Assembly (NCBI GenBank): GCA_047967505.1
Contig: CM106538.1
Length of the DNA: 64,000 nt
Strand: one strand, 5' to 3'
Origin: Dipteris shenzhenensis
Lineage: Eukaryota
The first letter of the stretch is position 1. Each line of letters starts with the position of its first letter. The position numbers and the translations under genes were made by a program. Under the pieces are notes generated by a model that did not search any database, was not told where the DNA came from, and saw only the letters and a program-made list of their open reading frames with translations. Below are positions 25,601 to 37,819 of the stretch, piece by piece.

Positions 25601-26839
25601 AGGTTAAGTTTCCTGCGGAGTTCCTTACACTCCTCGTCATACCAACCGTTGCAAGGAACAAGACCAACCGGTGGGGGACTAGACGAATGACATGTGGCAG
25701 GGAACGACATGTGAGCGGCAGAAACGAGTGAAGTATGTACAAGTTCCCACCGGTCCCGCGTGGATGGTAGAGCATCTAATAGATGAGGACGGAGTAGGCG
25801 GCTGAGGTTCTGGCTATATACATCATCGAACTGGTGGTCGAAATGAACCTCGTAGTAGGGTTGGCGGTCGTGATAACGAGGGGGAGGTGGGTCATGGGAG
25901 ACATGAGTCAAAGTAAAGTGGATGAGTGCATGGTCGGCACAGGGCATGAAGGGGCTAACAGTAAGGCTATGGATGGAAGGGACTAGAGTCGCGGGACCTA
26001 TGATGTAGTCGATCACGCTAGTACCACGCCCAGAAGCAGAAGAGAATGTAGGCATGGAAGACTGTGGCCACCTGGACAAGCCATTATAAATGACCATACT
26101 GTGCGAGGTGAGGAGCTCCAGTAGCTGACGTCCCTGATCTGTGGGCTGTACTGTGCAGTCTGATGAAGTCCGACAGAGGCTATCATCGTGAAATGCTGGG
26201 AGTATGACCGGATCCTCCATGAAGTCATAAGTGAAGGCCTGTCTGTCTGAGGTCCTCGCGTTGAAGTCTCCTAAAAGGATGACTTCTCCGCGACGTGAAA
26301 AATCTGCAATGTCCGCTGAGAGATCCTCAAATATGGACTGGCCTGGTCCAGTGGAAGAATAGATCGACTGCGCCGGGGGGAAGTAGCAAACTGCAATAAA
26401 AAGATCTCGCTGAGGGGCCCTGCGGCAAATGCGTACCCACAAGAATCGGGCATGTGAATCTGCTCTCTCCACTGTGATGATCCGATCGAGATGCTCTCTG
26501 TACAAAATGGCCACTCCTCCAGATCCTCTCACTCCAAATGTCCGGGCGTGCTGCCTGAAGGCAGATCTCCATGTATACCCTGTCACTCGTGGCAAAGGTC
26601 TCTCTGGACTCTCGTGTGTCTCCGTGAAAAAGATGATATCTCTCCCAAAGAATGCCCCCTGTAGATTGCCTGGTTGTGCTGTAAAAGAACCATTGCAGTT
26701 CCATACAGCGATGCGTAGACTATCTGACGGGTGGTGTGTCCCATGGGCCCTGTCCCATCAAGCGGACGGGGCAGGAGGTGGAGGTGGAGGTGGAGGTGGG
26801 GCTGTATCTGCTGGTCTGCCATCTCTAAGCACTGTGGTT
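22632..26839 (-). mobile_element. Near-complete RTE-X-like LINE (APE endonuclease, RT, zinc finger)
   Basis: EN motifs WNCNG, ETH, GDFNA, SVIDY, ADH; RT motifs FVDFRKAFD, QGCPLSP, LLYADD, YTYLG; C-terminal SSHQLEIE.GR...CPCC...HFICRCPLY. Frameshift near 24313 and stops after it; 3' stem-loop at 22682-22713, (TTTC)n tail; flanked on both sides by GA repeats. Confidence 0.93.
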
Positions 26840-27795
26840 GAGAGAGAGAGAGAGAGAGTTCTGGTTGAGAACATCCTACCACAAGCAAAAATCGAAGTCC
26901 AGAAGAGAAGCCAGGCACAACCAGTGTGCAACAAAAATTCGCCCCTGCTTCCATAAGGGAGAGAAGCTTTGGCACAATTGTGAATCAGTTTAAACCTGAC
27001 TCTGTGCAGCCAGCAAAGTTTGGGAAGCGATTTGACCTATCAAGGAGTGGGAACAGCTTGGGTTTTTTGCTGTCTAAAGTGAAACTTGAAATTCAGAACA
27101 GTTTGTTCTGATAGCAAATAAGAGAAGCATGCAGGTTTGAACACCAAGATGCCCCACAAGAAGGGACTAGAGGTACTAGTTGATGATCTGGATGAAGATG
27201 TTGTTAAGGCCAAGATTCAGGAGTATGAATTCCTGAAAAAGAACTCACGATTCCAGCATCTATGTTAGGTAGGTCCCATGGAGAAATCTGTCACGCAGGT
27301 GCCCGTAAATTCTCCCAAGTAATCCAAAAAGAAGCGTTCTTTAAGCCCCTCCTCGACTTTGACTTCAGGTTGATCCAAGAGACGCCATAAATCGCTGTCA
27401 CGAGGACGTGAAATTTTGGGACTTTTGATTTGCGACTCCTGTAATTCGCACAAGACTACCTTGAGCCTCTGGGACGCGAGGGTCCGGCCATGGGGCGGGA
27501 CTTGGGGAATTAAAATTCCTAGTGGGCCCTTGGAAATAGTGAATGTGCGCCCAGTTACTAGGCAATTAATTCCTAGGGCCAAAGTGTGCAACAAGGGGGC
27601 CAAAAGAGTGGTGCAATTAAAAAACACTGCTTTTTGAATTATATTGTGTGATCATTAAGCACCTAGGAAGTTTGGAGATAATATCAGTGGCAACAATAAA
27701 TCTTAGATGAGCATGGGCCTAGGGCTTTAAAAGGGGGAGGGAGCCCTTCTTTTGGATGCAATTGGCCAAATCAGTTCTAGAGGAGCCACATCTTC

Positions 27796-28134
27796 AGTTT
27801 CAGGTGTTCTAGAGCCTGCCAGAGAATTCGTTTTTACCCAAGGGCTAGTTTCAGGTGATCCGGGGCCTGCCAAGGAAATTTGTTTTTACCCAGGGGCCAG
27901 TTTCAGGTGTTCCAGAGCCTGCCATGGAAATTCGTTTTTACCCAGTGGCCAGTTTCAGGTGTTCCAGAGCTTGCCACGGAAATTCGTTTTTACCCAGGGG
28001 CCAGTTTCAGGTGATCCAGGGCCTCCCAGGGAAATTCGTTTTGACCCAGGGGCTAGTTTCAGGTGTTCCAGAGCCTGCCAATGAAACTCGTTTTTACCCA
28101 GGGGCCAGTTCCAAGTGATCCAGGGCCTGCCAGA
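27796..28134 (+). repeat. 52-bp tandem repeat (about 6.5 copies) in the 5' LTR of F
   Basis: Unit GAAATTCGTTTTTACCCAGGGGCCAGTTTCAGGTGTTCCAGAGCCTGCCATG starts at 27875, 27927, 27979, 28031, 28083. Confidence 0.95.
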
Positions 28135-29534
28135 GCAAATCGCAATTAATCCAAGAGTCTGCTGCAGGTGGCGATTCCTGCCAGGGTGTCTGTTCCAGTT
28201 TGCGATTTGCTTTTGGGCTCTTCCAGGCTGTTCCAGGTGCCTGCGATTGGTTCTAGGGCTGTTCTAGGAGTTTTGGACTTGACCAGGCTACTCCAGGTGA
28301 ACTGCGACTTGCTTTTTCAGGCTTTCAAGCTTTGCAGGAGATTTCGACCTGATTTCTGGAGCTTTCTGGGTAATGTGGCTGGTTTTGGTAACTTTCCAGG
28401 CGTGGGTGTTCGCTTCTAAGCTGCTCTTGGGGCTGTGCCAAAGCAGAATCAGCTTATCTCCGCAGGATCTTGGTTTTCTAGCCACGGTAACCTTTCTTCT
28501 GTGGATTCCGGGTAGAAGAAGGCTTGTCTTTGCCTGTTTTTGCCATTTCCTGATTGGTTGCTGGCTAGTTATTGCGTTTGGGTTTCTTTCCTCGCGAAGA
28601 AGGGTTGATTTATGCTCTACCATCGACTTCTTGCTACTATCAGAGCCACATTCGGAGTGGTCACTGAGATCCCCCCCCCTTTCCTGGCATGCCTTCTTCC
28701 TCGGCAGAGGCAATCAAAGCGGACGGGGTGCCTCGAGTTAGGGTCATTGTCTCTGACCCTAACATCTCACATGACCACATCATGCTTTAGCGCCCACATG
28801 GCTCTCTCTTTCGACAGAGAGTCGAGATTGCTGGTAGACAGGACCAGTGCAGGATTTGCAAGACCCTTGGGTACTTTGCTAGAGATTGCCCAAGGAAGTA
28901 AAAAAGACCCAAGAGGTCTTCTGGTGCAGCTCCTTCACGTACAACCCCGACCGCACCTCCCCAGCGCCCTGTACCAAGCACTCCAGGACCACTAGGAGCA
29001 GCAGGGCGCCCTGCTTCGCGCACCCCAGGACCACCAGGGACAGCAGAGCGCCCAAAGCCCACCGCAGCACACCCAGTACCACAATGGACAGCGATCAGAG
29101 CGGCTCCCTTACCTCAGGAGACCTTTGATCCGGTTCAGACAGACGCCATCCAGACTCTAGAGGTAGATATACCTTTGTAAGACTAGAATAAGTCCAATCA
29201 TACAAATTTAGAATTTTTGTTGTTCTAAAGATCAAAAATCTACAAAGAAAATAAAAGAGAAAATGAAAGAGAAGAAAAAAGAGGTAAACAAAAACTTTTA
29301 TGAAAAACAAAAGGAAGACATACTTAGCAAGCAAAGCAACACTTATGTCGTCATCAGTGCCCAAGCATAAGCAGCTATACTGGGTTTCTAAAGACCCGTG
29401 GAGTCTCTTGGGCAAACCTAGTGCTTACTAAAATACGTCAAATAAACAAAAGAGAATGAAAACAAGAAATAAAGAAGTAACAAAGCAGGTGACTAAGCAA
29501 AAATAAACAAGCAAGTGAAGAAACAAAAACTTCC

Positions 29535-29541
29535 AAAAAAC

Positions 29542-29582
<41 letters not shown>

Positions 29583-30336
29583 AATAAAGTCAAGCCACTT
29601 TACAAAGGAGGGAACCGCAATCAACTTACCAATTATAGAACCATAATGGTGAGCTCCACAATGGCAAAACTGTTTAGCACAATAATTGAGTTAGAACTCA
29701 GCCTATGGGCAGAGTTGCATAAAAAAAGGGCCATTGGACAAGCAGGATTTAGGAAAGCTCACAGCACTGTGGATCATCTGGTCAAAAAAGGGTTTTGCCT
29801 TGTAGCCTACTCTCCTCCATTAAAACTCGTATAGTGACCAGATGATCCACAGTGTTGTGAGCTTTCCTAAAGCCTGCTTGTCCCCAATGGCCCTTTTTTT
29901 ATGCAACTCTGCCCATAGGCTGAGTTCTGACTCAATTATTGTGCTAAACAGTTTTGCCATTGTGGAGCTCACCATTATGGTTCTATAATTGGTAAGTTGA
30001 TTGCGGTTCCCTCCTTTGTAAAGTGGCTTGACTTTATTGGAAGAGAGAGAGAGAAAAAAACTCACTCTCTTTCTCTCTTCCAATAAAGTCAAGCCACTTC
30101 ACAAAGGAGGGAACCGCAATCAACTTACCAAGTATAGAACCATAATGGTGAGCTCCACAATGGCAAAACTGTTTAGCACAATAATTGAGTCAGAACTCAG
30201 CCTATGGGCAGAGTTGCATAAAAAAAGGGCCATTGGACAAGCAGGCTTTAGCAAAGCTCACAGCACTGTGGATCATCTGGTCACTATACGAGTTTTAATG
30301 GAGGAGAGTAGGCTACAAGGCAAAACCCTTTTTTGT
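29535..30336. repeat. Direct-inverted-direct triplication of the LINE 5' junction
   Basis: Copy 1 at 29535-29784 (+), copy 2 at about 29785-30053 (-), copy 3 from about 30055 (+); the ORF track shows the same peptide on both strands. Confidence 0.93.
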
Positions 30337-32030
30337 TGCTTTATAGATTTTAAGAAAGCATTCGATATGGTGCCCAGAAACAGTTTATGGGAGAGAATGT
30401 TGCAGTTGGAAGTACCACACCAACTCAAGATAGCAGTTTTCAGGCTATATGAGAAGGTAACAAGCCAACTCAAGGGAAAAAATGGGCTATCAACAGCATT
30501 CTACAGCAATATGGCGGTGAAACAGGGATGCCCACTGTCACCTACATTGTTTGGCTTATGCATTGATAGACTAGAAGAATCGGTCGAGGAGACACTACAA
30601 GAAAAGAGCATAGACAGCCCTCAAATCTTGGGATATGCTGTATTACTGCTGTTGTATGCAAATGATGTTGTCTTCTTCTCACACACAGCAGAAAAGGTGG
30701 GATGGATGATGCATGTACTTCATAAATTTTGTGTGGAAAGTGGCTTTGCTGTTAATGTCAACAAAACAAAGATGATGATAGTCAAAACAGTACAGCCAGC
30801 AAACACACCAAATATTATGTACAATGGCCAGCAAATTGAAAGAGTGCAAACTTTCAAATACCTAGGGGTGGATATACCAGCAAATCACAGGTGGAGTGAT
30901 TGTGTTCAAAGAAGGATTGATGCAGGGTGGGGTAAGTACTATCAGTTTGAGAATGATTGCAGGAATAGTGACACTATAAGATGGGGTATTAGACAAATCC
31001 TTTTTGATGCATATGTTGTACAGACAGTGTTATATGGGGTGGAAGTTTGGGGAGGAAGTATCTCAGCATCAAAATGGGATGATATTGAGAAGATGCAAAA
31101 ATCATTCATCAGAAGGCACTTGGGAATCAAAATTACCACACCCTACTCAATCATGCTTCTAGAGACTGGCACCAAACCAATTGAAATAAGGGCATTGGAA
31201 AGAGTTTTCAAATACATCAAGAAGGTCAAGGCCATGGACATACACAGACTACCAAGAAAGGCATGGGAAGCAAGTAGAAGACTTCAAAAAACAAATAAGA
31301 GTAAGATACTATCCTCAGGATGGTGGCTAGATATTCATGGCTGGTTCCAAAGGTGGGAAGTTGCCTCATATTTAGATAGCCCCTCAGACAAAATGGATGA
31401 GGAGGCACTGCAAAAAGTGCTCCTTGAAGCATTGCATCATAAATGGCAATCAGCTAAGAAAAGAGCTAAGTTTGAATACTATTGCCAACATATTGGTCCC
31501 AGCTATTGGAGCACATATGCTCAAGCAAAGGACAATGTTCAAAGATACATAAGCATGCCCATACCTATTAATGTCAGGCGTAATATTGCAAGTATGCGTA
31601 CCCGTTCTCATATGCTAGAGGTGGAGAGAGGAGCCTGGGGAGATACTTCAAGAGATCGATGAATTTGCCAAATGTGTGATTTGCAGGACGTGGAGACAGA
31701 AGCGCATGTTTTATTGACATGCCCACAGTATGCCCACATAAGGAAAGATTTTCAGAATGTCGTAGAGAGGCACTCAAATCTTGTGAGCCTACTCACGCAT
31801 GTACATCCTCCTATCTTATATATTGGTAGGATTCTTAAGCACAGAGAACAATGCACGATGTCGTAGGCTATAAAGCAGTGATACTGTGTTACTTTATCGT
31901 CCCTTCCTCTTTGGAGGACAGAGACTTCCTTTTTTGTATCTTCTCTGATCAGATGAGGTCCCATGGGTCGTTTTTCAGCCCCCAGAGGACGATAATACAA
32001 CATTCTATTCTATTCTATTCTCTCTCTCTT
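30081..32030 (+). mobile_element. 5'-truncated RTE-X-like LINE (second family): RT and zinc finger
   Basis: ORF with FIDFKKAFD, KQGCPLSP, LLYANDV, FKYLG; then RSHMLEVERG...CQMC...EAHVLLTCPQY; stem-loop at 31958-31990; (ATTCT)n/(CT)n tail; preceded by (CT)n. Confidence 0.92.
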
Positions 32031-35000
32031 ATTTAAAACATAAAAATCTAAATGGCCCTTTACACTTATGTATTGTTTCTACAAAGAGGCAAAAATACAT
32101 TTCTAACTTAGAAAGCACAAGCATACTCAAACAAACTCTCTTTTGAAACTACAAGAAAAACGGGCTATTCAGCTCCCCACTTTTTGTTTTCAGCTATGTT
32201 CAATCATTCTAAACAAACCTAAGGCCGAAACACCATAGAAGGTAGATGTTGCTGCAGCCCCAGACACTACAGTTCCACATCAGGAGGGGCCTGTAGAAGC
32301 ACCAGTACCAGCCCCAATCACTTTGGTTTCTGATCATGAGGGGGCTACCGATACTTCTTCCGATACTTCTTCCCCACACACTATTCCTGCCACAGTCAGG
32401 ACGACCGAGGGAATGCATGGACAGATGAGGACTCCATATTCCTCTTCAGCCCAACCACAGGCCTCCTCAGCCCCCAGCTCCAGTTCTGCTGAGAGTGGCC
32501 GGCAGGTCCTTCTCCTCCATCTTCCACGAGTGCAGGTCTTCTTCGCACTCCTCGGCAAAACCTGCTTCTCAGGAACTCTTTTTCGGCACTGGCTGACTCG
32601 GCGACTTTCATGGATGAGGAGGAGTTTGTGCCCTCCACCTTAGGGGTCCCGGTCATTGGGATTCCTTTTGATAGGGCCTCCCCCTCAGCAGGGGTGGGGA
32701 TCCTTTCACCTATTGAGTTTCCTGCCCTCAGTAGGAGAGTTTCGGCCCAAGGGAAGCTGGTCTCCTCTACTAGGTCGGGTAAGCCTTTCCACCCAGCATC
32801 CTCCTGTCGATGAGGATAGTCAGCTGGAACATACAGGGCCTAGGCGGAGTTTCACACCGTCGCCGTAGGCAACTGATCCGGAATCAGCTTCATCCAGGTG
32901 TCATTGGAGGTGCTATTGATATCCTTTTTATCCAGGAACACAAGTTGGATGCCAGTGATTGCTCTAAGTTTGGCAAACTTCTTTCAAGACATACCTTTTG
33001 GTCGCCTGCTATGGGCACAAGGGGAGGTACTTGCATTTCGGTCTCTCCTTCTATTCTACCCTTGGTTGCTGGTCATGGTATTATCTCCCCCTCTAGAGCT
33101 CAATGGATCATTATGTCGATTGGAGGGTGTAAGATTGGTCTTCTCAATATGTATGCCCCCAACAACAGAGGGGAGCGAGTCTCCTTTTGACAGGAGTTAC
33201 TATCTTGGCCCCCATTGCAGATTCTTGGATCATTGGTGGCGATTTCAACATGGTTGAGTTGCCATCACACAAAAAGGGAGGCAAATAGGGTGGAATTCAT
33301 TCTTTGAGAAGAGCAGCTTGGGATGCCTTCCTCTTTCAGCACAGTGGCATGGACACTTGGTTTGATGATGCCTTTCATGTTATGCCACAATTACTCATGT
33401 ACTCTTGGTCGAACAGGAGAGTACACATGCCCATCCATGCACGTATTGACAAATTCTATGTAGACGATTGGGTACTTGATAGAGGTGGACCTGTATGCAT
33501 TTCTATTGGGGTTACCACTTCATATCATTTTCCAGTGGTGTTACATATTCTTAAGCCTCATGGGAGAGGACGCTCTGCCAGTGTCAAGATTCCCGTTGCT
33601 TTTTATGCAGAGGAGAGCCTCACGGAGGATATTTTACAGATTTGGGTTTCTCACATACAGGGTGGAGTTGTCTGTCCATCTCAAGTAGCTACAGCCTTAT
33701 CCGGAATTAGTGACTATTATCATACAGTCGTTGATTCCAGGAGACGCGAGATTCTCAGACATGAGATTGGTATACGCCAGCAGTTAGCGTCCCTTCAGAA
33801 GGAAGAGCAGAAGAGGCCCACAAATGCTTGGATTCAGAAGCGCCTTGCTGCAGCAAGGGCTCATATACAGATATTGTTGGATCAAAGAGCGGAGTATGCC
33901 TTTCATGCACAGGAATCCTTTTGGATTCAGATGGGTGGCAGGGTCAACAAACACTTTTTCTCTACTCATGGGCCTAGACATAGTAGAGATAGTGTCTCGC
34001 AGCTTGTTGACTCGGACGGGGTGTTACAGTCAGATCTTGATGCCGTCATGCGTGTAGCTTCAGATTTTTTATGCATCCCTTTTTACCATAGATCCGGGCA
34101 CACATGCCATAGATGATGCCAGAGAGGTTATTTGGCAGTGTATCCCTGTATTGGTGAAGGATGAGATGTATGTTTCTCTTGACGCACCTTTCACCAATGC
34201 AGAATTCAAGACTGCATTACTTGCCCTTCACAAGGGCAAGTGCCCAGGTTCGGATGGACTTACCCCTTCTTTTTTTATTACTTTTTGGGAGAAGATTGGT
34301 GATCACATTACATCAGCCCTGCAAGGCGTGTGGGACTCTGGTGAGATGCCTGACTCACTTACAGATGGTCTCATTCATCTCATCCCAAAGGGGGGTAATA
34401 GGAATGTAGTGTCACAATGGAGACCCATCACTCTATTTAGCACTTTTTACAAGATTCTGGTGAAAGCCATCAGTCTGCGGCTACAGGTTTTTCTTCCAGA
34501 TTTGATTCATGACACACAGACAGGGTTTGTGCATGGCAGAAGTATTTTTGATAATATTTCCTCATTATGGGAGGCCTCAGAATGGGCCATGCAGAGCCGC
34601 CAGAGGTTGGCCATTCTACTCTTGGACTTTTAGAAAGCTTACGACACAGTAGACTTGGGATTTTTTAGAGGGTACTCTATCTCGCTTTGGTTTTTCAGAT
34701 GCATGGATTAGAGGAGTATCCTCTCTCTACAGATCAGCCCATAGCCAAGTGATTATTGGGGGCGTAAGAGGGGACAGATTTCAGATCCGTAGATCAGTCC
34801 GCCAGGGATGTCCTCTTGCCCCTTTTTTTTTCTGTTTGTGGCGGAAGCTATGAGTATCTATCTTAGATATCAAGTTGATATTTATGGGCTGAGGCTTCCT
34901 CTCCGCCGGGAAGAAGAGCTCCTGATAGTGAGTTGGCACATGACACGGCTGTTTTTTTGGATGCCTCCCCCAAGACACTCACTTCCTTCCGGACAGCCTT

Positions 35001-37819
35001 GGATTTATTTTGCACGGCTGCAGGTGCACACATTAATTGGCATAAATCCAATGGTTTTTGGATTTCCGATGATGACACCCCGGATTGGGGTAATGATATT
35101 GGTTTCACTTGGGTACAAAGGGGTGTCTCCGTCAAATATTTGGGCTGCCAGGCTGGGGTGGGCATGTCTCCTTCACAATAGTTTGCTCCGGTGTTGGAGA
35201 GCATCAGAAGAAAGCTCCTTTTCTGGAGCTCAGCCAAACTTGACTTGGCATCTAGAGTGGTGGTGGTTAACCAGGTTCTTCTAGCCACAGCATGGTTTGT
35301 ATGCTCTTGTTGGTGCCACTGTAGGGATTGTATCACTCAGCTCAAGAGGCCTGTACGAAACTTTTTATGGAGTGGTCTAGATGGCACAACTGATGTTACA
35401 GCCAGGGTGGCTTGGGAGACCTTGATTCTTCCTACAAGAGAAGGAGGTTTGAATATCATCGACCATGATCTATAGTGCAAAGCCTTACTCTGCAAGGTCG
35501 TTGTGAGAGGACTTATGCCAGGGCAAGAGCCTTGGAAGGATTTTTTTCTCAGATGCATACAGTCTCGCACGCCCACTTTAGGAGATGATTGGATGCACAG
35601 TACCAAATGGGTTTTCACCACAGCCCACCTCAGATCTCCTTCTTCCCCTCTTATGGTTGCTATCTTGAAAGCATGGGCCAGCTTCCAGAGTACTCTTCGC
35701 AGGATTCCCCCGTCCACCCGTGAAGAGATTGAAAGGCAGCCTATCATGTGGAACGACAATATTTTGGATGAGCATGGCAGACCACTTGGAGCTTCTCTTT
35801 ACATGCAATGGCCCAGATGGGAGAGGGGCCCTGCATCTACTGTGGGAACATGGAAAGCTTCAGGAGGCTTCCTGCAAACCGACAAACCCAGGTGGTTCAT
35901 AATCTCAGAGGGAGTGCAGGGAGAGTTCAACAGATTGATGCAGCCTTGCCCTTGGATTAGGTGGACACAGATGACATGCCTATTACTTGTTCCACCTGGA
36001 TGGGGGCATTTTCCAGATCAGGCATTCCTTTGCACGTGATTGCTTTACGTAACACACATGAGGATACCCTAGTCTTTGATGTTTCTTCGGGGGGCAGGCT
36101 GTCCAAATCCACAAATGATATATTGTTGGAGGTACCGTTTCAACCAGTCAGGATAGTGGGCTTCATGGAGCATGGCTCTCTTCACAGTGGTACTTGGATC
36201 CTGACCCACTACTCATTGCCCTGGGCTCATGGAGGCTGTGGTTCTATGGAGGTGTCCCAATTTTGCAATGGGACCCTGGGGAATGGGAGTGGTTAGATGA
36301 AGGGCACCAAGAGAAGGGCATCCCCTTCTTTCGTTACACGGTCAGTAATGCCAGGAAATTCCAGCTCAGCTGTAGGGGTTGGAGGCCCAGCAGAGCTCCT
36401 CATTGGGAGAATTATCAAATTTCTGCAGACTTGCAGAAATTTTTTTGGCAGAGGCTCTGGAAATCCCATCGGAATAGAAAATTCACTCTTCTTTTGGCTT
36501 TCTATTCATGGTGGGATAGCAGTGAACCATTGGAGATATAGGTTCCGGGCTGACCCTACTTGCCCTCGTTGCCTTTCTGCTTCGGAGACCGCCCGTACAG
36601 CACTGCCTTTGAAATTGCAGACAGGCGAGAATCATATGGAAGGGGATTGCAAGACTTCTCAGCACTTTTGTTCACCTCCCCTTCTATATGACCTGGGGAT
36701 CAGTGGCTTGGCTCACTCTTTCAGGGCCCCAGGTTTTCTTTGAGAGACGTGACTCGTCTTGGGCTCTACACATCCGACGACACCTTGTGGAGTCGTGCTC
36801 TTTAGATGATGTTCCGGCCACTCTCTTCAGGGCTGCTCATTCCTCGGTTAACTCTCCATGGGAGGTTGTAGCTAGCATTGCAGCATGGCACATTTGGAGA
36901 GCCAAATGCACTGAGGCTATGGAGGGTTCTCAGGTTTACCCTTCTCAGATCTTGGCCAGTATACTTGGACAGATACAGTACACACTCTGATGGCCACATG
37001 GGCGACCATGCACGGATCCTCTTGAGCAGCCTCCTCCAGGAGAGTTACTTTTCTCAGGATTTGGAGAGACTCTCCCTTCGTTGCTGAGACTTCTACAGGG
37101 TTGAGTTGGCATTTTCAGCCTCAGCCTTGGTTTCTTTCTACCTCATTCTTCTGAGGTATTTTTTATTACATGCTTAGCATGTTGTATTTCCGCACAGAGC
37201 TTGCTCTAGCGAGTTTCTTTCAATGGCCGTGGGGATAGAAAAATCTATATAAAGGTACCATGTGCCCTCGGGTCGTCGCCATAGCAGTTACAACCAAACT
37301 GTCAAAATTCTATCGAAAATCTCCTAGCCCCCTTCCCTCCTCCAAATAGCAATTCAACACTTAGTGCATGTCCTCATGCCCCTCCTATTCTACTGATTCC
37401 CTCCTCACTCAGTTGCCATCCTTTTTTCCTATGGACCCGGAGAACGAGTTTTTTGAGTTTGAGACAGGAGCTTGACCTCCACCCCCAACCCCCTATCTCG
37501 CAAGCCACCGGTCCCTCCAACTCACAGAGAATGCCCTCGGCCATGATCCGTATGCCTCCAACTTCCCAGCATAGAACATGATGTATGCAAATGTTGGAGC
37601 AGCCCAAGGGATGCAAACAGGTATGCATAATGTAGCAACAGGTAGCCTTGCTTTGGGAAATATGCAAAATTTGGGTGCTGGTCTGAATAGTACAGCTTTT
37701 CCTAATGCTAGTAGTGTGGGGGATAGAGTGAGTGCTGCTGTCCCTTTTGCCCAGGCACCTGTTTATGACAATTTGGCACCTCAAGGGAAGTTGAAGGACT
37801 TTAAAGAGGCAGGTGAGCC

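Larger units (their letters stand above)
29169..32239. mobile_element. Unclassified AT-rich insertion (about 0.58 kb once the nested LINE is removed) with 8-bp TSD
   Basis: AGGTAGAT at 29161-29168 and 32240-32247; the empty site is visible in the L1 copy near 61865 (minus strand); no TIR or poly(A) recognised. Confidence 0.7.
28617..37221 (+). mobile_element. Plant L1-clade LINE, 5'-truncated in ORF1 and degenerate; interrupted at 29169-32239
   Basis: ORF1 knuckle region matches 62.0-62.4 kb (reverse strand). ORF2 EN MRIVSWNIQGLG/IQEH/NMYAPN/GGDFN; RT KGKCPGSDGL, WRPITL, LLDF*KAYD, RQGCPL; zf-RVT-like end. Confidence 0.9.

Noticed and set aside
21900-27265. Host element flanking the RTE-X LINE (21900-22631 plus 26858-27265), possibly an L1 ORF1 5' region
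   Set aside because: Too degenerate to assign from sequence alone.
27289-27395. Second TGTCACG start, possibly another LTR
   Set aside because: Only about 100 bp and no partner LTR, PBS or TSD found.
27796-28134. CRISPR-like 52-bp periodicity
   Set aside because: Contiguous tandem units without unique spacers, duplicated in both LTRs.
29335-29365. Hammerhead ribozyme core (CTGATGA on minus strand)
   Set aside because: No GAAA after a closing stem II; the GCCGAAAC at about 32224 is on the opposite strand.
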